NCBI RefSeq assembly: GCF_000150275.1
Contig: NW_002060943.1
Span: 7,820,066-7,884,065 of the forward strand
Length of the DNA: 64,000 nt
From: Trichoplax adhaerens
Taxonomy: Eukaryota; Animalia; Placozoa
Reading direction: 5' to 3'
The position numbers and the translations under genes are program-made. The notes beneath the pieces are model-generated. The model searched no databases. It had not been told where the DNA came from and saw nothing but the letters and a program-made list of their open reading frames with translations. Shown one piece after another: positions 26,371-40,190 of the stretch (within the stretch, counting starts at the first letter, position 1; each line of letters begins with the position of its first letter).

Positions 26371-29300
26371 TTACATCATTTCGTATTTAGCAGAGTCATT
26401 ATTGCATACTAAGCAGCAGGCAAGTACTACACCAATTATCTAGCACAAATTTAAGCATAAAATTAGATTACCGTACAATAATAAAGAAATAATCTAATAA
26501 TGATACGTACTTGAAATACTCCAATTGCTACAGCAATTCCAGCAACAATTCCCAAGTGCGATTCAAGAAATTTGATGACAGCGCCTGAACATGCCTGCAA
26601 ATGAGAATATTCATTATATAGTGTATCAATCAAGTTACCCAGTTGCACAAAAATCAAGGATAGATTCGCAGTTAGTTGATAGTCAACATGTTAAAAGTAA
26701 CTTACGCTCTGACTGATTTTGATTCCTGATGGATATTGATAATTTCCAGTATTGTAGGTTAAGTGAAGATTATTACAAAGACCAGTGGAGTTATTTGGTT
26801 TGGTTCCAGAAGTAAAAAAGGTTTTCGGGCAGCAACTACTGGGTACAGAATCCCGATATTTCTGCTTACTTGCCCAAGAAGTATTGAACCATTGCGTATA
26901 GTTCTGTGCACCACAGCATTCCAACTGAATAGCATGATAACGATCAAAATTGTAGATATTAAATGACTATAGCTTTACGAAAACAAATATTGTATTTATC
27001 CACGCATACTATTCACTACATAATCTCTTACATTCTGTTGTACTCCGTCTACGATATGCTTGATGCCTACATCTGTGTCATACTTTTGTAAGAATGGTTT
27101 CATGGTGACAGCTAAGCCAGCTTCAAACTACAAAGAGAAGTTTATGATTACCAAAAATCGAAATTAGATCCATAATAGTATCCTTATATTCTAAGGAAAA
27201 TTTGTTACAGAGTATAAGGAATAGCCAATTACTGTCTTAAGTACATCACTAGAAAATTAAACAGCTGGAATTATTCGGATTGAGCAATTTTAAATCAAGA
27301 ATAAGCGTTTTGTTATCGATGCTACCGTTTGGATCATGAGCTGTGTTGCAAGGTATCAATATTCATTTTAAAGTTATCTATAATACTATGTCTTTAGTTC
27401 TTATTCCAATTTTAAAACTTACGTCACCCTTGAAAACGAAAGCAATGATACCAAGTGTAATTTCGGCCAGGACAATCACAATCAAGATTACTGAATACTA
27501 AATATTTATAAAAATTGATTGAACATGAGAAATAATCTAGTATAATTGTTGATAATGAAGTATCTATCATTAGCAGCCTTATAGCTTACAATTCCAAGAA
27601 GGCATCGACTACCCTTCATGGCGCCATAGCATCCTACGAAGCCAATTAAAACGATAAGGATACCAACTCCCAGTAAAATGTAGAGCGCAGAAAAGCTATG
27701 TTGGTTATCTAATTTCATGTAAGGACCAAAAGCGATCAAACCCCATATTGACGCAGCCAAAATTGCTACACCACTTATCTATAAAAGTAACGTTATAGGA
27801 TTCAGTTAGTACAAGAAATGATCGATTTATGCTGTCATAAAATCCAGGTACAACTTTGATTTCACCCTATACTTTATGTCATAGGGTCACGGTGAAGGAT
27901 ATTGTTTTGTTAGTAATTGCTTAGGAAGAACTAAACTACACCTATTAATTTTATTTACAGAGCACATCACACTGATCATATAATTTATTTATTTACTGTT
28001 CATAAGGTACAGATTTTACCCAACATCTTTTATATCGCAACTAGTCAATCGTTCTATATAGCTGTAGCGGAAAGCCTTGTGACGAAATAGAGATTGTACA
28101 TGATCAACTTTGATAATGTGCCACTCCATCTATGGTACTTGAAGGAAATTATTATAATATGTACGTACCGCAGGCCTTAAGATTCGTGCTCAATGTATCA
28201 GATACTATAAATGCTACTGTAGGTCAATAAGGCTGTTGTTCGACCTATGGATATCAGCTATAATATGGAAGCGTAGCTCTATTCAGATATCCATTGCAAA
28301 TGCTAACCAACTTGTACGCTACATACATTTAACCCTTATGAATAGGAGCAATAAGAAGCAATTTTATTTTATCCCTCTCAAGGGTATAAATTGAGAAATA
28401 AAAATGAATTGTGAAAAAAAAACGTTACTATTTCAATAATACATCCTTATTGCCAATTGCTTGTCGGCTAATTTCAAATTGTAAATAAACAATCAAACAC
28501 CATTGGAGCTCGGAGAGTATATTATATAATATGCTGATCGTAGTTAATCAATTTGGAATTTACTATACTCATGAGCAGATGTACTGTAATACCGAGCTAG
28601 TCTTCATCGGAATGAGGAAATCTAGCGGTAGTTTAATGGTGTAAGCATAAAAACTTTCTCCGAAAATTTACATCAATAATGCGAAAGTTTAAGACCAATA
28701 TCAGGGGCTATACGCGTACACCATATCTTAATGAAAGGGCTTTAAGATTCATAAACTGACGATCAGCTTGGCAATCTTTTACTGTACTGTATACAGTATT
28801 CATGTATATTAAAAATCTTCGGATACACCAGTGCCTACTGTAGGTAGTGCTAACATGTTTTAGTAGATGGTATATGGTAAAATTAGGAAATTACTCTACT
28901 CAAGTTTTAAAGTACATTCTATGATCCCCCAAAGTCAAAACCAAAGACAGGGTAAAATTTTTAATATACAAATCATTTTTTGTGCTGGAAAGATCACTCC
29001 GAAGTAAAAGTGTTGGCGCTAATAAAATATGTACTATTCAATATTACTGTAAGTAGATAGGTAGGAGCCAAAATGAGAAAACTTCAGTACTGCAGGTGGC
29101 ATTGAATCATTTACATTTGGATATTGGGAGGTGTTACTTATAGGGTATAAATATAAAGTCAAGGATTATTACTAGTCATGCCTCTAAATCTAGTCTCATT
29201 AAATCGCATTATGAAATGTATGAAAAGGGTTTTTTTCCTTTGATAGATCAGAAAATATTATTGGTAAGTGGACAAGGAATGTTAAATTATTGCATATACG

Positions 29301-30635
29301 TATATTAATACTGTGCAATACGTTCCAAAATAAGCCGCCGAGTTGGGCCTAGTAAATAATATAGTTAATATCTAATGCATGCAGTACTCGTGTCGTAGAA
29401 GAAAGTCCAAACGCAAGAAAACGTCCATCATGGTCCTTTTCAGTTGATATGATGTGTCATTGTCGATCTTCATTTATGGTATGGGTTAATACACTTTAAT
29501 GCATTGTACCATGGTAAATCACTCTGTAGCTTTTACTAATCCATGATTGTACTGTATTAGTGAACGTTCTGGTTAGAAAAAAATCAGCGATATTATTATT
29601 ATCACTATACGAGAATTCGATCATTAACGAAGTAGTTATTAAAAATTGATGTATCTCTCTTACATCCATAGCTGTGAATAATGATGGGCATAATTTTTAG
29701 AGCAATTTAGAGTTCAGAATCAAAATTTCAGTTGCCAGACAAAAGAATGACATAAGGGTGGTTAATGTAAGACCGAAGCCCTAGCGAAAATAAATCAACT
29801 ATTGCTCATAGAATGGAAAGTAAATCGATCAACGATGGATGAGTCACAACTGATCTAGACAGCAGTACTTTTTATCGTCAGAAATGACATTGATCAATCT
29901 ATTTAATCAAATAGACTTGAGCTACTTGATTTTTGTGTTTAAAGGGCGCGGACTTGTAAACCCGAAGCGAGTCCTGTGTTTTTTTGTAGCTTTCTTAATA
30001 CGATGGTAGCACTATACAAGTACTGCCACTATAGCTACCAATATTCTTTAGTATTGTCACAATTGTATGCTTGGATAGGAATATAAAAACTCGTCCATTA
30101 TTATGTTAGGGTATACTGATAATCTATCGCTAACCTACGCCATGACTGACTGGACATGACAGTAGACGATAATGTAGTTCTTAATAAACGCAAAATAAAT
30201 GATGAATTTTATCTATCGCTTGTCTAATTATTAATATAATTCATCGTACGAGCATGGTATAGCTTTTGAAGCATCATTTTCTCCTCAAAATCCACATAAC
30301 TAGGGTAGTCATTTAGGTTAATAAAAGAACTAGTCAAAAGGAAGACAGTGATGATTGCCATATTGTTATATCAAGTATTGTACAGTCCTTCTTGGTTATA
30401 CAACCAATACAGTGTTATGGCTCATTTTATCAATTATCATTTGGTTCGTCTGACTGTAAGATTTCGAACTTGGAAAAGAATGGATGATTATCCAAATCAA
30501 TATCATCTAGCTATGACAATAAAGTGCTTGAGTTCAAAAGAGATCCATTCGTCTTACCCATAAAATAAAGTTGAAGAGATGAAGTAAAATTGTTAGGCAC
30601 TTGTGGCCGGCAGAAGTTTTGGCAGGAGACGGCAT
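26371..30635 (-). CDS. Tetraspanin (CD63/TSPAN7-like)
   Basis: Exon 1 30635-30558 reads MPSPAKTSAGHKCLTILLHLFNFILW. Later exons give LIGFVGCYGAMKGSRCLL, EC2 ECCGAQNYTQW...VPSSCC, TM4 GIVAGIAVAIGVFQ and C-terminal KYEMM* (YxxPhi). Confidence 0.92.
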
Positions 30636-31007
30636 TTTGACGAGATGGTGGGTAGGATGTAGATATAGTTTTTTGTCTTTTGATTTGATGATCTAATGTA
30701 ATCTGCTATTTATGTTCAATCTGGATATCGTAGTAACCAATGGGTTGTCTTGGGTAACAATCAGGGCCTACTCATTGTAAAACTAAAGTCTTTTAATGAT
30801 CTCTAGTATTCATACTGCCTAGCAACATCCTTCAATACTTGGCTCTATGCATAAGATGCATGTATAGGACAGTTGTATTTCCTCGCCAGCATGATTAGCA
30901 ACGATTTAATAATTTACAATACCCACTACATTATTGTCTTAATTATTATCCCAGCGCCATTGCGTTCTCTTGGCGAATCGTGAATAAATAAACCAAGACA
31001 AAAGATG

Positions 31008-31041
31008 AATGGCCCGCTATGTATGTACATAGCGGGCCATT
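31008..31041. repeat. Perfect 16-bp-stem hairpin
   Basis: aatggcccgctatgta-tg-tacatagcgggccatt. Confidence 0.85.
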
Positions 31042-31496
31042 TGTCAACACCCATACTTCTTATTTACTGGTACAAATGTCTCCAAATGAACTCAATCAAA
31101 ATTGATGAAGAATAATAATCAACGAGCAAGATGATTGATTGGTCATCAGCGGCATGATCAGCCATGTTTTTATTACATTTGTAATAGGACATGGCGTTGT
31201 TGTGATCATCCATCGATTCCATGACGTAATTGCAAAAGAATAAATTTATAAAAAAAATTATTATGGAGAAAGCGTGATTGACCCAGGATACTGATACACT
31301 ATCTACTTTTCTTTACTTAATATTTTCTTTTTTAGATACTAATTTTCCTAATCTCTTTCATCTTTTAGTCATTTTACACTTTTACCGCGAGATAGAATGA
31401 CTAAATAGCCAACAATGGACAACTTACAGTAATTATAGTCGATCTTTCCTTTCAACACACAATGAGGTACAATTGTTATGGCGATATATGTAGGAA

Positions 31497-31545
31497 CATG
31501 GACTACTAGAAATAGAGGAAAAGCTGCATTTTCTTTTAGTCTATG
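31497..31545. repeat. Short palindromic element (CATGGACTA family)
   Basis: catggactactagaaat...ttttagtctatg; the left arm is identical to the copy at 4657. Confidence 0.55.
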
Positions 31546-31697
31546 GTGTCGAGTCCTGCGTAAAATTCTCTTTCACAGCATAGCAAGTTAACATGAACAG
31601 TAATTGATTTTCCGTAGTCTTATCTGACACCTAGCATAGCTGTGTTATGATGAAGAAATGGTATGAGAGACCATTCATTAATTTTCCATCCATCAAT

Positions 31698-32590
31698 GCA
31701 TCCCAAGGAACGCATGTTGGAGGATTTCGGAGGCCACATTTTCAAAATTAGTACATGAAACGCCTTTAGCTACTGCATACTTGCTATTTTCCGATTTACA
31801 GTGAAGAGCTACATCGAACAACAGTACTATTCTCATCGTTCAAACCTGTATGAACACCAAATCATTTTAAACCAATTTAGCATTTTTTTATCCGTCCAAT
31901 ATTTCATGATTCGAAATATAATTGATTTTTAAAATCAAAGATAGAATTAGTAAGGATGAACTCTACTCTACTGTAAACCAAATCGAGGCAAGACAGGGAA
32001 GCGCAGGAATCATGAATAATTACAGTACAGTATAATGATAGCTAGTCATCCATATAAAACAACTTTATTATTATTATTTTACATAATAAAATAAATTGGA
32101 ATTAATCCAATAAATGATGAGGTCTTACAAATTGTTAAATAATAATTAATATCTCATAATTTTGGAATTAATTTTGGGACTAGCGGGCACATACAGTAGC
32201 ACATATTCGTCGAACAAACTGTGTACGGACAGTTTCTTCCGGTAAAGTAGCGAAATTCTTTATCAGCCTCTATAAACATTCTCAGAAATATTAGCATGAC
32301 TAGTAGAGATAGTGCATTCCAAGGAATGCATATTACAGGATTTCAGGAGCCGAAAATAAAATCTCTACATGAAAGTTGGTATTCTCCCATTTACGGTTCA
32401 ATGGCTACATCGAACATCACCAGACCATGAACATCTCTAATCGTTGATCATGTAAACCTATTAGCATAAATCGTTCTTTATCATCACTGTAAATTCTATC
32501 ATTTTAAATCAAGAAATATTTTTTATCGATCTAATGATTTCAATCTGATTGATTCTAAAGATAGAGTCAAAGCAAATGAACTGTAAACCC
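31698..32590. repeat. Diverged dispersed duplication, ~280 bp x2 (31698-31980 and 32312-32590)
   Basis: Shared, collinear blocks: tgcat.ccaaggaa.gcat, ggatttc.g.agcc, gctacatcgaaca, aaagataga, ctgtaaacc. Confidence 0.7.
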
Positions 32591-32624
32591 ACCCAATCAA
32601 GCTTTTAACAAGGTAGACTATAGG

Positions 32625-33380
32625 AAATTATTTTATGGATGCAAGCTGGCGTGTAATCGCTGCGAACTCCACACAACTCCTAGTGCAAAGGCTGTGTCAT
32701 AGAGATTCCTTCACGTTCACATTCTAAAATTCCAGAAAATTATCAAATTATTTTATGGATACAAGCTCCAGTGGAAACACTGTGGAGTCAAGGGGATCCT
32801 ATCACCTGCATATTTTAAAAAATTCCCAAACATTACTTTATAGTACTTCACGATGTAAACTCGAGTACAAACTATAGTGCAAACGCTGTCCAGGAGTCAT
32901 GGAGATCTTTTCACGTCTATATTCTAAATTCTAGAAAATTAGTTGTGGATGTAAGCTGGCGTGTAATCGCTGCGGACTCCACACAACTCCTAGTGCAAAC
33001 GCTGTGTCATGGAGATCCCTTCACGTGCACATTCTAAAATTCCAGAAAATTACTTTACGGATACAAGCTCCCATGGAAACTCTGTGGAGCCAAGGAGATC
33101 CTCTCACCAGCATATTAAAAAAATTCCAAAACGTTACTGTACTTGACGATGTAAACTCGAGCACAACTATAGTGCCAACGCTGTCCAGGAGTCATGGAGA
33201 TCTTTTCACGTCTACATTCTAAATTGTAGAAAATTAGTTATGGATACAAACTCGAGTGCAAACGCTGTCCAGGAGTCACGGAGATCTTTTCACGTCTATC
33301 CATATTCTAAATTCTGGAAAATTAATTATTTATGGATGCAAACTCGAGTATAAAACGCTGTGGAGTCATGAAGATCCTGA
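32625..33380. repeat. Higher-order tandem repeat (~100-bp monomers, ~310-bp period)
   Basis: gctggcgtgtaatcgctgcg occurs at ~32645 and ~32955; monomers share ggat.caa.ctc...aaacgctgt...gagtcatggagatc...cacgt...attctaaa. Confidence 0.88.
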
Positions 33381-33624
33381 TATACACATTTATTAATGAT
33401 AGACTAGCGTCTGCAGTGTGCAGACCAGAAAAAAAAATCTCCATTTTTATGCAGAGTATATTGGTCTCCAAATACAGTACAGTATCCTTGTAATATAGTA
33501 CTGTATGCTGTATAGGAATATATAGTGGATACCGTTCTCTTGTGTACGCATAGCAGACAGTAGTACGGGACTGTTTACGGCTTGTCTACGATTTTCTCCT
33601 TGCCGACAGTAGTCCATAGCCATC

Positions 33625-34853
33625 ATGAATGTTAATCCGGTATCCATTTTATATATGCTCAGTCAAACATTACATGTTCATTTAACTTTCGATTGCGCAC
33701 CATTGCATAACTCATCGTCCAAAAATAACCCTAAATTTCTCGGTAGTTTTCGCTTTGGAGAGTATGCCTACGGGAAAGGGGAAGGTTCCAACAAGCGCAC
33801 CGCAAAAGTTCATGCTGCCGTGGACGCATTGATAAAATTACGGCAATCGGCTGTTGCTGGTGTGATCGAAAATTTCCTAAACGATCAAAAAATTAATCCA
33901 GCCTCATTTGAACAAATGTTATCCACGGAAGAAAACAACTCACAGGAGGAGAATTCTCTTCCTGGTGGCAGTGCTACTTGTCCTGCGGAATCGACTGACT
34001 ATATCAGTAAATTGCAAGCTTTAGCTGTTAATCGGCGCTGGATTATGCCGCAATACGACGATTTCGGAGAAGAAAAATCTCAAGGCTCCAATCCAACTGC
34101 CTTTATTGTTAAAGCAACTATCGTTATTAGTAACCGAACCTTTAATGAATATGGCCGCGCTGGGAGTAAAAAGGAAGCGAAGAAAGAGGCTGCAAAGAAA
34201 TTATATTTAACCTTAGAGAGCGATGCAAAAATCGCACGTGGAGCATGCTACGAGAATATAAGAACAAACATCAAAATAAATAAGAAAACGGTCAGTGATC
34301 TCATAGTACTAGGCGCTATGCAATGTCAATACTCAATCCAAGATGATAGTAATACGTATATCATAATGAGTACGTTCACTTTACTATAATAAAAGATTGC
34401 TAATTGATCTGTAATTATATTTCAATCGTGAAGACGATTCTTGACCTAATTTTCATACTTTTGAAACTATTCTGTAAAAATCAAGGTTTCCAATGACAAA
34501 CTGGCATCACTCGCACATTACATCTACAAGCCTGACGCCGAAAAGACAGAAAACCACAAATTGATTCATGGAAATGCAAGTACAAATACCTACTGAGCCC
34601 CAGCTTCTATTAAAGTTTAACTTTAAGAAATTGCGAAATGTCACTACTTTTTCAATAGGCCGATCATAGTTTACTCGTAGAGATCATTACAGTAAGTTAA
34701 GCGTTGTATTTGTAGTATCGGACAAAAACTTTACAGTTTTACACATACTGTATTCTACGTAATACAGTCAGTCGAAATTTTTGGCATGTATTCTCATAAT
34801 TTATCAATCACTAGCAAACACTATGTTCGCAGATGAAAGATGCACTTATCTAA
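33625..34853 (+). CDS. Protein with two double-stranded RNA-binding domains (TRBP/PACT/Loquacious/R2D2-like architecture)
   Basis: dsRBD1: NPVSILYMLSQ...YGKGEGSNKRTAKVHAAVDALIKL. dsRBD2: DYISKLQALAVNRRWIMPQY...GRAGSKKEAKKEAAKKLYLTL. Probable extra exons 34486-34575, 34659-34691 and 34833-34853 are lower confidence; the unspliced ORF ends at 34389. Confidence 0.8.
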
Positions 34854-35590
34854 ATTAGAAATACTAATTGCTGGCCTCTGTTCTAATATTACATTTGGAC
34901 TAAAAATATTTTTCGAGTTCGCTAAATAATTTAGATACGACGTAGCTGCACATGGTTGTAATCGTAATAAAATTTCAAATAAGACATAATCTCATTTACT
35001 ATTTGATTAATCTACGAGCAATATAATTTGCTAACTATAGTAGGTTAGTATTGCGTATAGATAGTAAATTTTAAATTATTCGCAGTACAGTACTGTGATA
35101 TTCCAACAGTTTAACCCTTCGTAATCTGCCCACTTTGTCCAGTTTTGGAGAAATTCCGATGGCATACTTGTGATTAGTGCCTAGGAGACGCCTAAATCGG
35201 CGCGCTTCATTCAAGATTAATTAGAACTTCCATAGAGGTACAAAAACATCTTGCGTGATGGCCGATAACTAAATTTCAAATTGAACCCTGTTATAATTCA
35301 ATCTACAAATAACGTTGCAAAGTCTTCTCTTCAACTGTTCCACTGGAGGAATGGCGTTCAGTTAAAGCTCGCAGATAGAACAATATTGTGCGTTGTTTCT
35401 ACCCACTCATTATTGTAATTCATATTCTTGCGTGCATGGGTGGAAAGTTTGTTCAATATGCGAAACTCATATACGTGCAATACCTGCAATAGATGTTACG
35501 AAAGGTAGTATAACAATCTCTTTATTTTAAAAATAATAACCTAAAGCAAGTACCGAACTTAAAATTAAAATTAAAAAGTCACTTTTTCCG

Positions 35591-38500
35591 CTATGTTAAT
35601 AACTTCTTGACCTGTTCTGAGGTATGAATTATGACAGACGACGGTTCCTTATATTCATTGAAAGGATTGTACACGGCTTTATAAAGCGATTCATATGCAT
35701 TGCAAACTAATTCAACGGATTGCTTTTGTACTCGTTCACGTATTTTGGTACTCAATAATAATGCGCAATGCGGCATAAGCAAAGCGTCATGCGACGATAA
35801 ATAACTGTCAAATTTTACTAAAGCAGATTTTACGGATTTTGCATCCATGCCGTGAACCGATGATAAAGGAATCTAGAAAATTAAAGATTTTGATGACCTG
35901 GATGAATTAGTACGAAATATTACTGGTTGATAGTTTTTTAATTCTTCCTACCTTGTTGTTTTGTTGTTCTTGCAGAGTAGAATAAATAAAGCCTAATCCA
36001 GACTGAGCTAAAATATACCCTGCTTGTTCCGATACCAATGTATCCATGTGAGCATCAATCTAAAAGATAATTTATAATTTAATATCATGAATATGGAGAT
36101 GATATCGTGTACATGTATATATACAAACGCAACACTACAATAAAATAATCGTGCCTTATAGACGATGGTAAAACAAACCTGAGCTTTAAGCTTTTCCAAA
36201 TGATCGTCAGTAAATTCGTATAGAGCTAAAGTGGAGTGGATACAATATATACAATTTATCATATAACAGGCCATATCTGCAGCGCTTAAACTTGCGGCTG
36301 ATACCGTACACATTTGAAGTAATGGATCGACGATGCATGAAAGAATCTATTTGAATAGAATAACATAGTCATTATGCAAAAATTCTTTACAAAAATGTCC
36401 AATATTTCTTAGTTTGCTGTATGACGCGATCAATTGCTTGGATCAAATTCATGTAACGTAGCACTTTATCATTGTATCATAAAACCAATTTATAGCAGCA
36501 ATCTAATTCTAGTTTACTTTTTTTAAATCAATTTGTCGATCTTCTAACTCTGCCACGGGAGCATCATACGAAGCTAGTAATTCTCTAAGCAAAACCAAAC
36601 CCTGAATAAGAGTTTCCGTTGGCCCTAAATTTGGTGGAGGTAATTCCACCTAGTGAAACAAATCATCTAAAGTCAATAATCATTACAAATTAAGCAAAAC
36701 TTTAAATCAATGATAATTATGAAATGGAACGAACAAAATCAATGAAAATAAGTACAACCTTATCTAGCAATTTCGCTGAATGACTATTGAGAGATGCATA
36801 GAACATTTTCATACTTAGATTATCCATCTCTCCTAAACAATTAACTAATGGGCTGTCGTTCGTCAAGGTAGCCCTATAAGTATAGGTCAAGAAAATTCAA
36901 AATAGATGCCAACATGAACTAAAATACAGTAGTTAAATATAAATTTATATCACATACCTTAAAATACTACAATAAAATTTGATAATGTTATTTAATTTAA
37001 ACATAACTTTGGGCCCCGGCTCAGACATGAGCACTTGCTCAATTCGTACCTTCAAAGAAATATTTATTAATTAACGATTACAAGTGCTTTATGCAATTTG
37101 CATAACTGCAAAGATCGAAAACTCACTTTTAATGGTCTACAAACACCTTCAGTTACATGCGTCAACACTTCCTTAACAAGGGCAGCAGTATCTAAGTCAA
37201 TGCGTACCATTTATTATACATTAGCTTTTACGATTGTGCCCTTATAGACTGTAAAGTTAAAAGTCAACATGGTTTGAGGTAGGCAACAAATTCTTACCAG
37301 TAGCCAGTACTTTCTTAAGTAGACTTTGAAGTAATTCTTTTTCAGATGCAACACCTTGATGCAACCAGGCTAACATATCGCCTATATATCTGTTTAAAAA
37401 TGATAGTGATTAACGTAAGAGTAAAAAATACATCATCCATATTACAACATGTTATACTACGAGTATGAATACCTTTGAGGGTCATGAGAATGCATTTCTA
37501 TAGGTCTAGGAGTTCCACCTGGTCCTCCACGTGTCAGTGCGTCGATGAAACCTCTAACTATTGCTGTTCGTCTAGCGCTACTAACTTCATCTAAAGAATA
37601 CCTGAAAAATCAAGCATAACTTTTAAAAACGGCCCGATTATAGGATATCTTAGCAATCTTACGAACTTAAATAACACAGGCCGATCCTGTAAGGCTTCCA
37701 TGGCTTTGGTAAGCATAGAAGAAACTTCGGTCGTATCCCCAGTTAGCATACGACATTCGGCTTCAAATAAGTTTGCAATGTTCAAATATTAAAATGGTAT
37801 ATTTTAATATGACAAGTCAAAAAGTGAATCAAAAATCAATTTACATTGAGTCCAGCGATAAAGCCTTTCAAATGCTGCCTCTTGACTTAAAGCCATAGAT
37901 TCCATAATCTTAAGCCTGTTAAACGAATTAATATAGTATTTTTGCATTAAGTATAAATTCTCCCTAGTCCTAGTCATACAGATATTTGACAAATGAAACA
38001 AACCCAGCTGTTTGTTGACTCGTCCGTAAGAGTAATTTACAATCATTATGAATTTGCTTTACACGATCTAAAGCATCGAAGAATTCCTATAAATAACAAT
38101 TGTCAGCATGAGCTTAATCTATTCGATCACCAGTTAATGTATATAAGCTATTCATAGAAAAGGGAATAATAATTCTCTTTCCTCAATTTTACTGTTTAAA
38201 TTACCTCTTTAATAGGATCATTGCGAGATCCATGAAGGATTTTGATTTCGGAAGGACTTAACTGAAATTTTTCTAAGAAAAGATTGGCTAACCTGGCTCT
38301 CATCTGCAGCTGTTGCCTAGAGTATAAAATTTTACGATTAAGTGAAATTTTAATAGGGTTTGATTCACTTCATTTTATAACACGTAAAATTAAATTATCG
38401 TTACAGTTTAATATCCATTTATAGATGTATAGTTTAATACTAATATATTAACGTATAATCATGATTTTATAAATGAATCAGCCATAATATCGATAAACGT

Positions 38501-39965
38501 AGAAGAGAATTGAATGTTTACAACAACCTACTTTTCATTATGTAATTTAGAAGTTTTAGTGATAAGGTCCGATGTTTCTGATTTTGCAGCCTAATGATAT
38601 CCATTGAGAAAAGTGTGGAAAAAAAATACCAAGCTATTATTTACTTGTAGAATTTTAGAGTGGAAAGTTCGTTGTACGACATTGCAACGGTTAGTTAGTA
38701 CCATTAGTCTTTCTGTCATTTGGTTGCAGCTTTCATTCATGGCTTCAATTTCACTTCGTAATGTATTAAAACTCTAAAAGAATGACATTCAAAGCTACGA
38801 TCAAGTTACCTATACTTAATCGTTGTGCTCGTACATGGTAAAAGATGTATCGTACGATTTTTGCGTCGTAAAGGTTTATTGATAGCGAGTTCTACTTGGC
38901 ATACTTTTTACTTTCCACTTTGTAAGTGGAAACTAACTTGAGTTGGCATTGAAAGTGATGCCTTTTATCAGTTTGCCTATGTTGTATTTGTAGACTACAT
39001 AACAGTACGATCTCGTTTCCCAATATTAGAATCAAAACAATAAAAACTTGTTGTTTCTGGTAGTCAATTTCAAAGAATTATCAAAATAGGTTGGCCTACC
39101 GTATACACTTTGCCAAATGCATCGACAAACTGTTCATTGATGGCTAAACTCCTCTTTTCGATATCACTACGAAGATTTCTTCTTGATCTCAGGTCATTAC
39201 GTACAAAAAATCCGGACAAAGCATTTAATGCTTCTAAAATATCCTATCATCGAAGATTGATTATATAATTATATTAGTTCTTAGCAACGTTGTATACAAT
39301 CATGAAAATTTTAATTTAATTTATAGATAAGAGCACAGCCCTATACTATATTGTATCAAGATACCCTCCACAGAAGGTATTTTACTTCCAAAATAAGTTA
39401 CAAGTCAATTACACTGCCATGTAGTAGTAATTGTATTCCTCATGTACAGTATTCTTCAAGTTAACTAGATTATGAACATTGACTATCCTAAGACAGCACA
39501 AAGTTATCAACTCCAGTATGATAGACGTATTCATAAGCATTGAAGAAAGCGAAGGGATAAATGATCTTATCCATGTTATATTCCACATGTATAGCACTCT
39601 TCAAGTGAACAAGATTATGACCATTGACTATCGACTAGCTATCCTATGATAGTATAAAATTACAATTACAGTGCTTTGGATATATTCATAAGAAGTATTG
39701 AAGAAAGCAAAGGTATACTCGTATGTAAACGCTTCAATCCATGCCAATACTACTGATCGTAAACTGCAAACAACATATCTTGACCTCGATACGCTCTATG
39801 TGTAAAGTAAGCAAGTACCGAGTCTATCAAACGTTCAGTAAAGTAGCTTACCTTATCATTTTCCAATCGTGTTTCTAATATTTTATTTAATTTACGTGAT
39901 AATGGATTACTTGATGGCGCATTGCCAATGCTACTAGGACTGCCTTTCTCGGCGTTGCTGGCCAT
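35591..39965 (-). CDS. COG6: Conserved oligomeric Golgi complex subunit 6
   Basis: [19 protein letters not shown]; [13 protein letters not shown]; [13 protein letters not shown]; [37 protein letters not shown]; C-terminal [10 protein letters not shown]. Confidence 0.95.
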
Positions 39966-40019
39966 CTTGATCTGTAGTACTATTAGTCTAACTTCTCTGT
40001 ATTATTCTTAAAGGTTGCA

Positions 40020-40165
40020 ACCACAGTATCTAAAGTGTACAGTGTACAGTCTATATGTTACTGTACTGTAGTACATTGTACTATACGGTATTGTACCCGT
40101 GTACTGTACCCTACAGTACGCATATTACAGTGTACAGTATAATATACAGTATCGTCTACAGTACA
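40020..40165. promoter_or_regulatory. Dense TACAGT/ACTGTA cluster upstream of COG6
   Basis: gtgtacagtgtacagt, tactgtactgtagtac, gtactgtaccctacagtac, tacagtgtacagtataatatacagta. Confidence 0.55.
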
Positions 40166-40190
40166 TTTCTGTCTGCATACGTGGCTCTTG

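Noticed and set aside
29944-29978. GC-rich imperfect hairpin followed by a T-run (terminator-like)
   Set aside because: Intronic in a eukaryotic gene, imperfect stem and single occurrence.
33004-33222. 72-aa ORF inside the tandem repeat
   Set aside because: GTG start; the equivalent frame is disrupted in the other repeat copy.
35110-35490. Slightly GC-richer stretch after COG6, possibly a pseudogene
   Set aside because: The frames I read have multiple stops and no recognisable domain.
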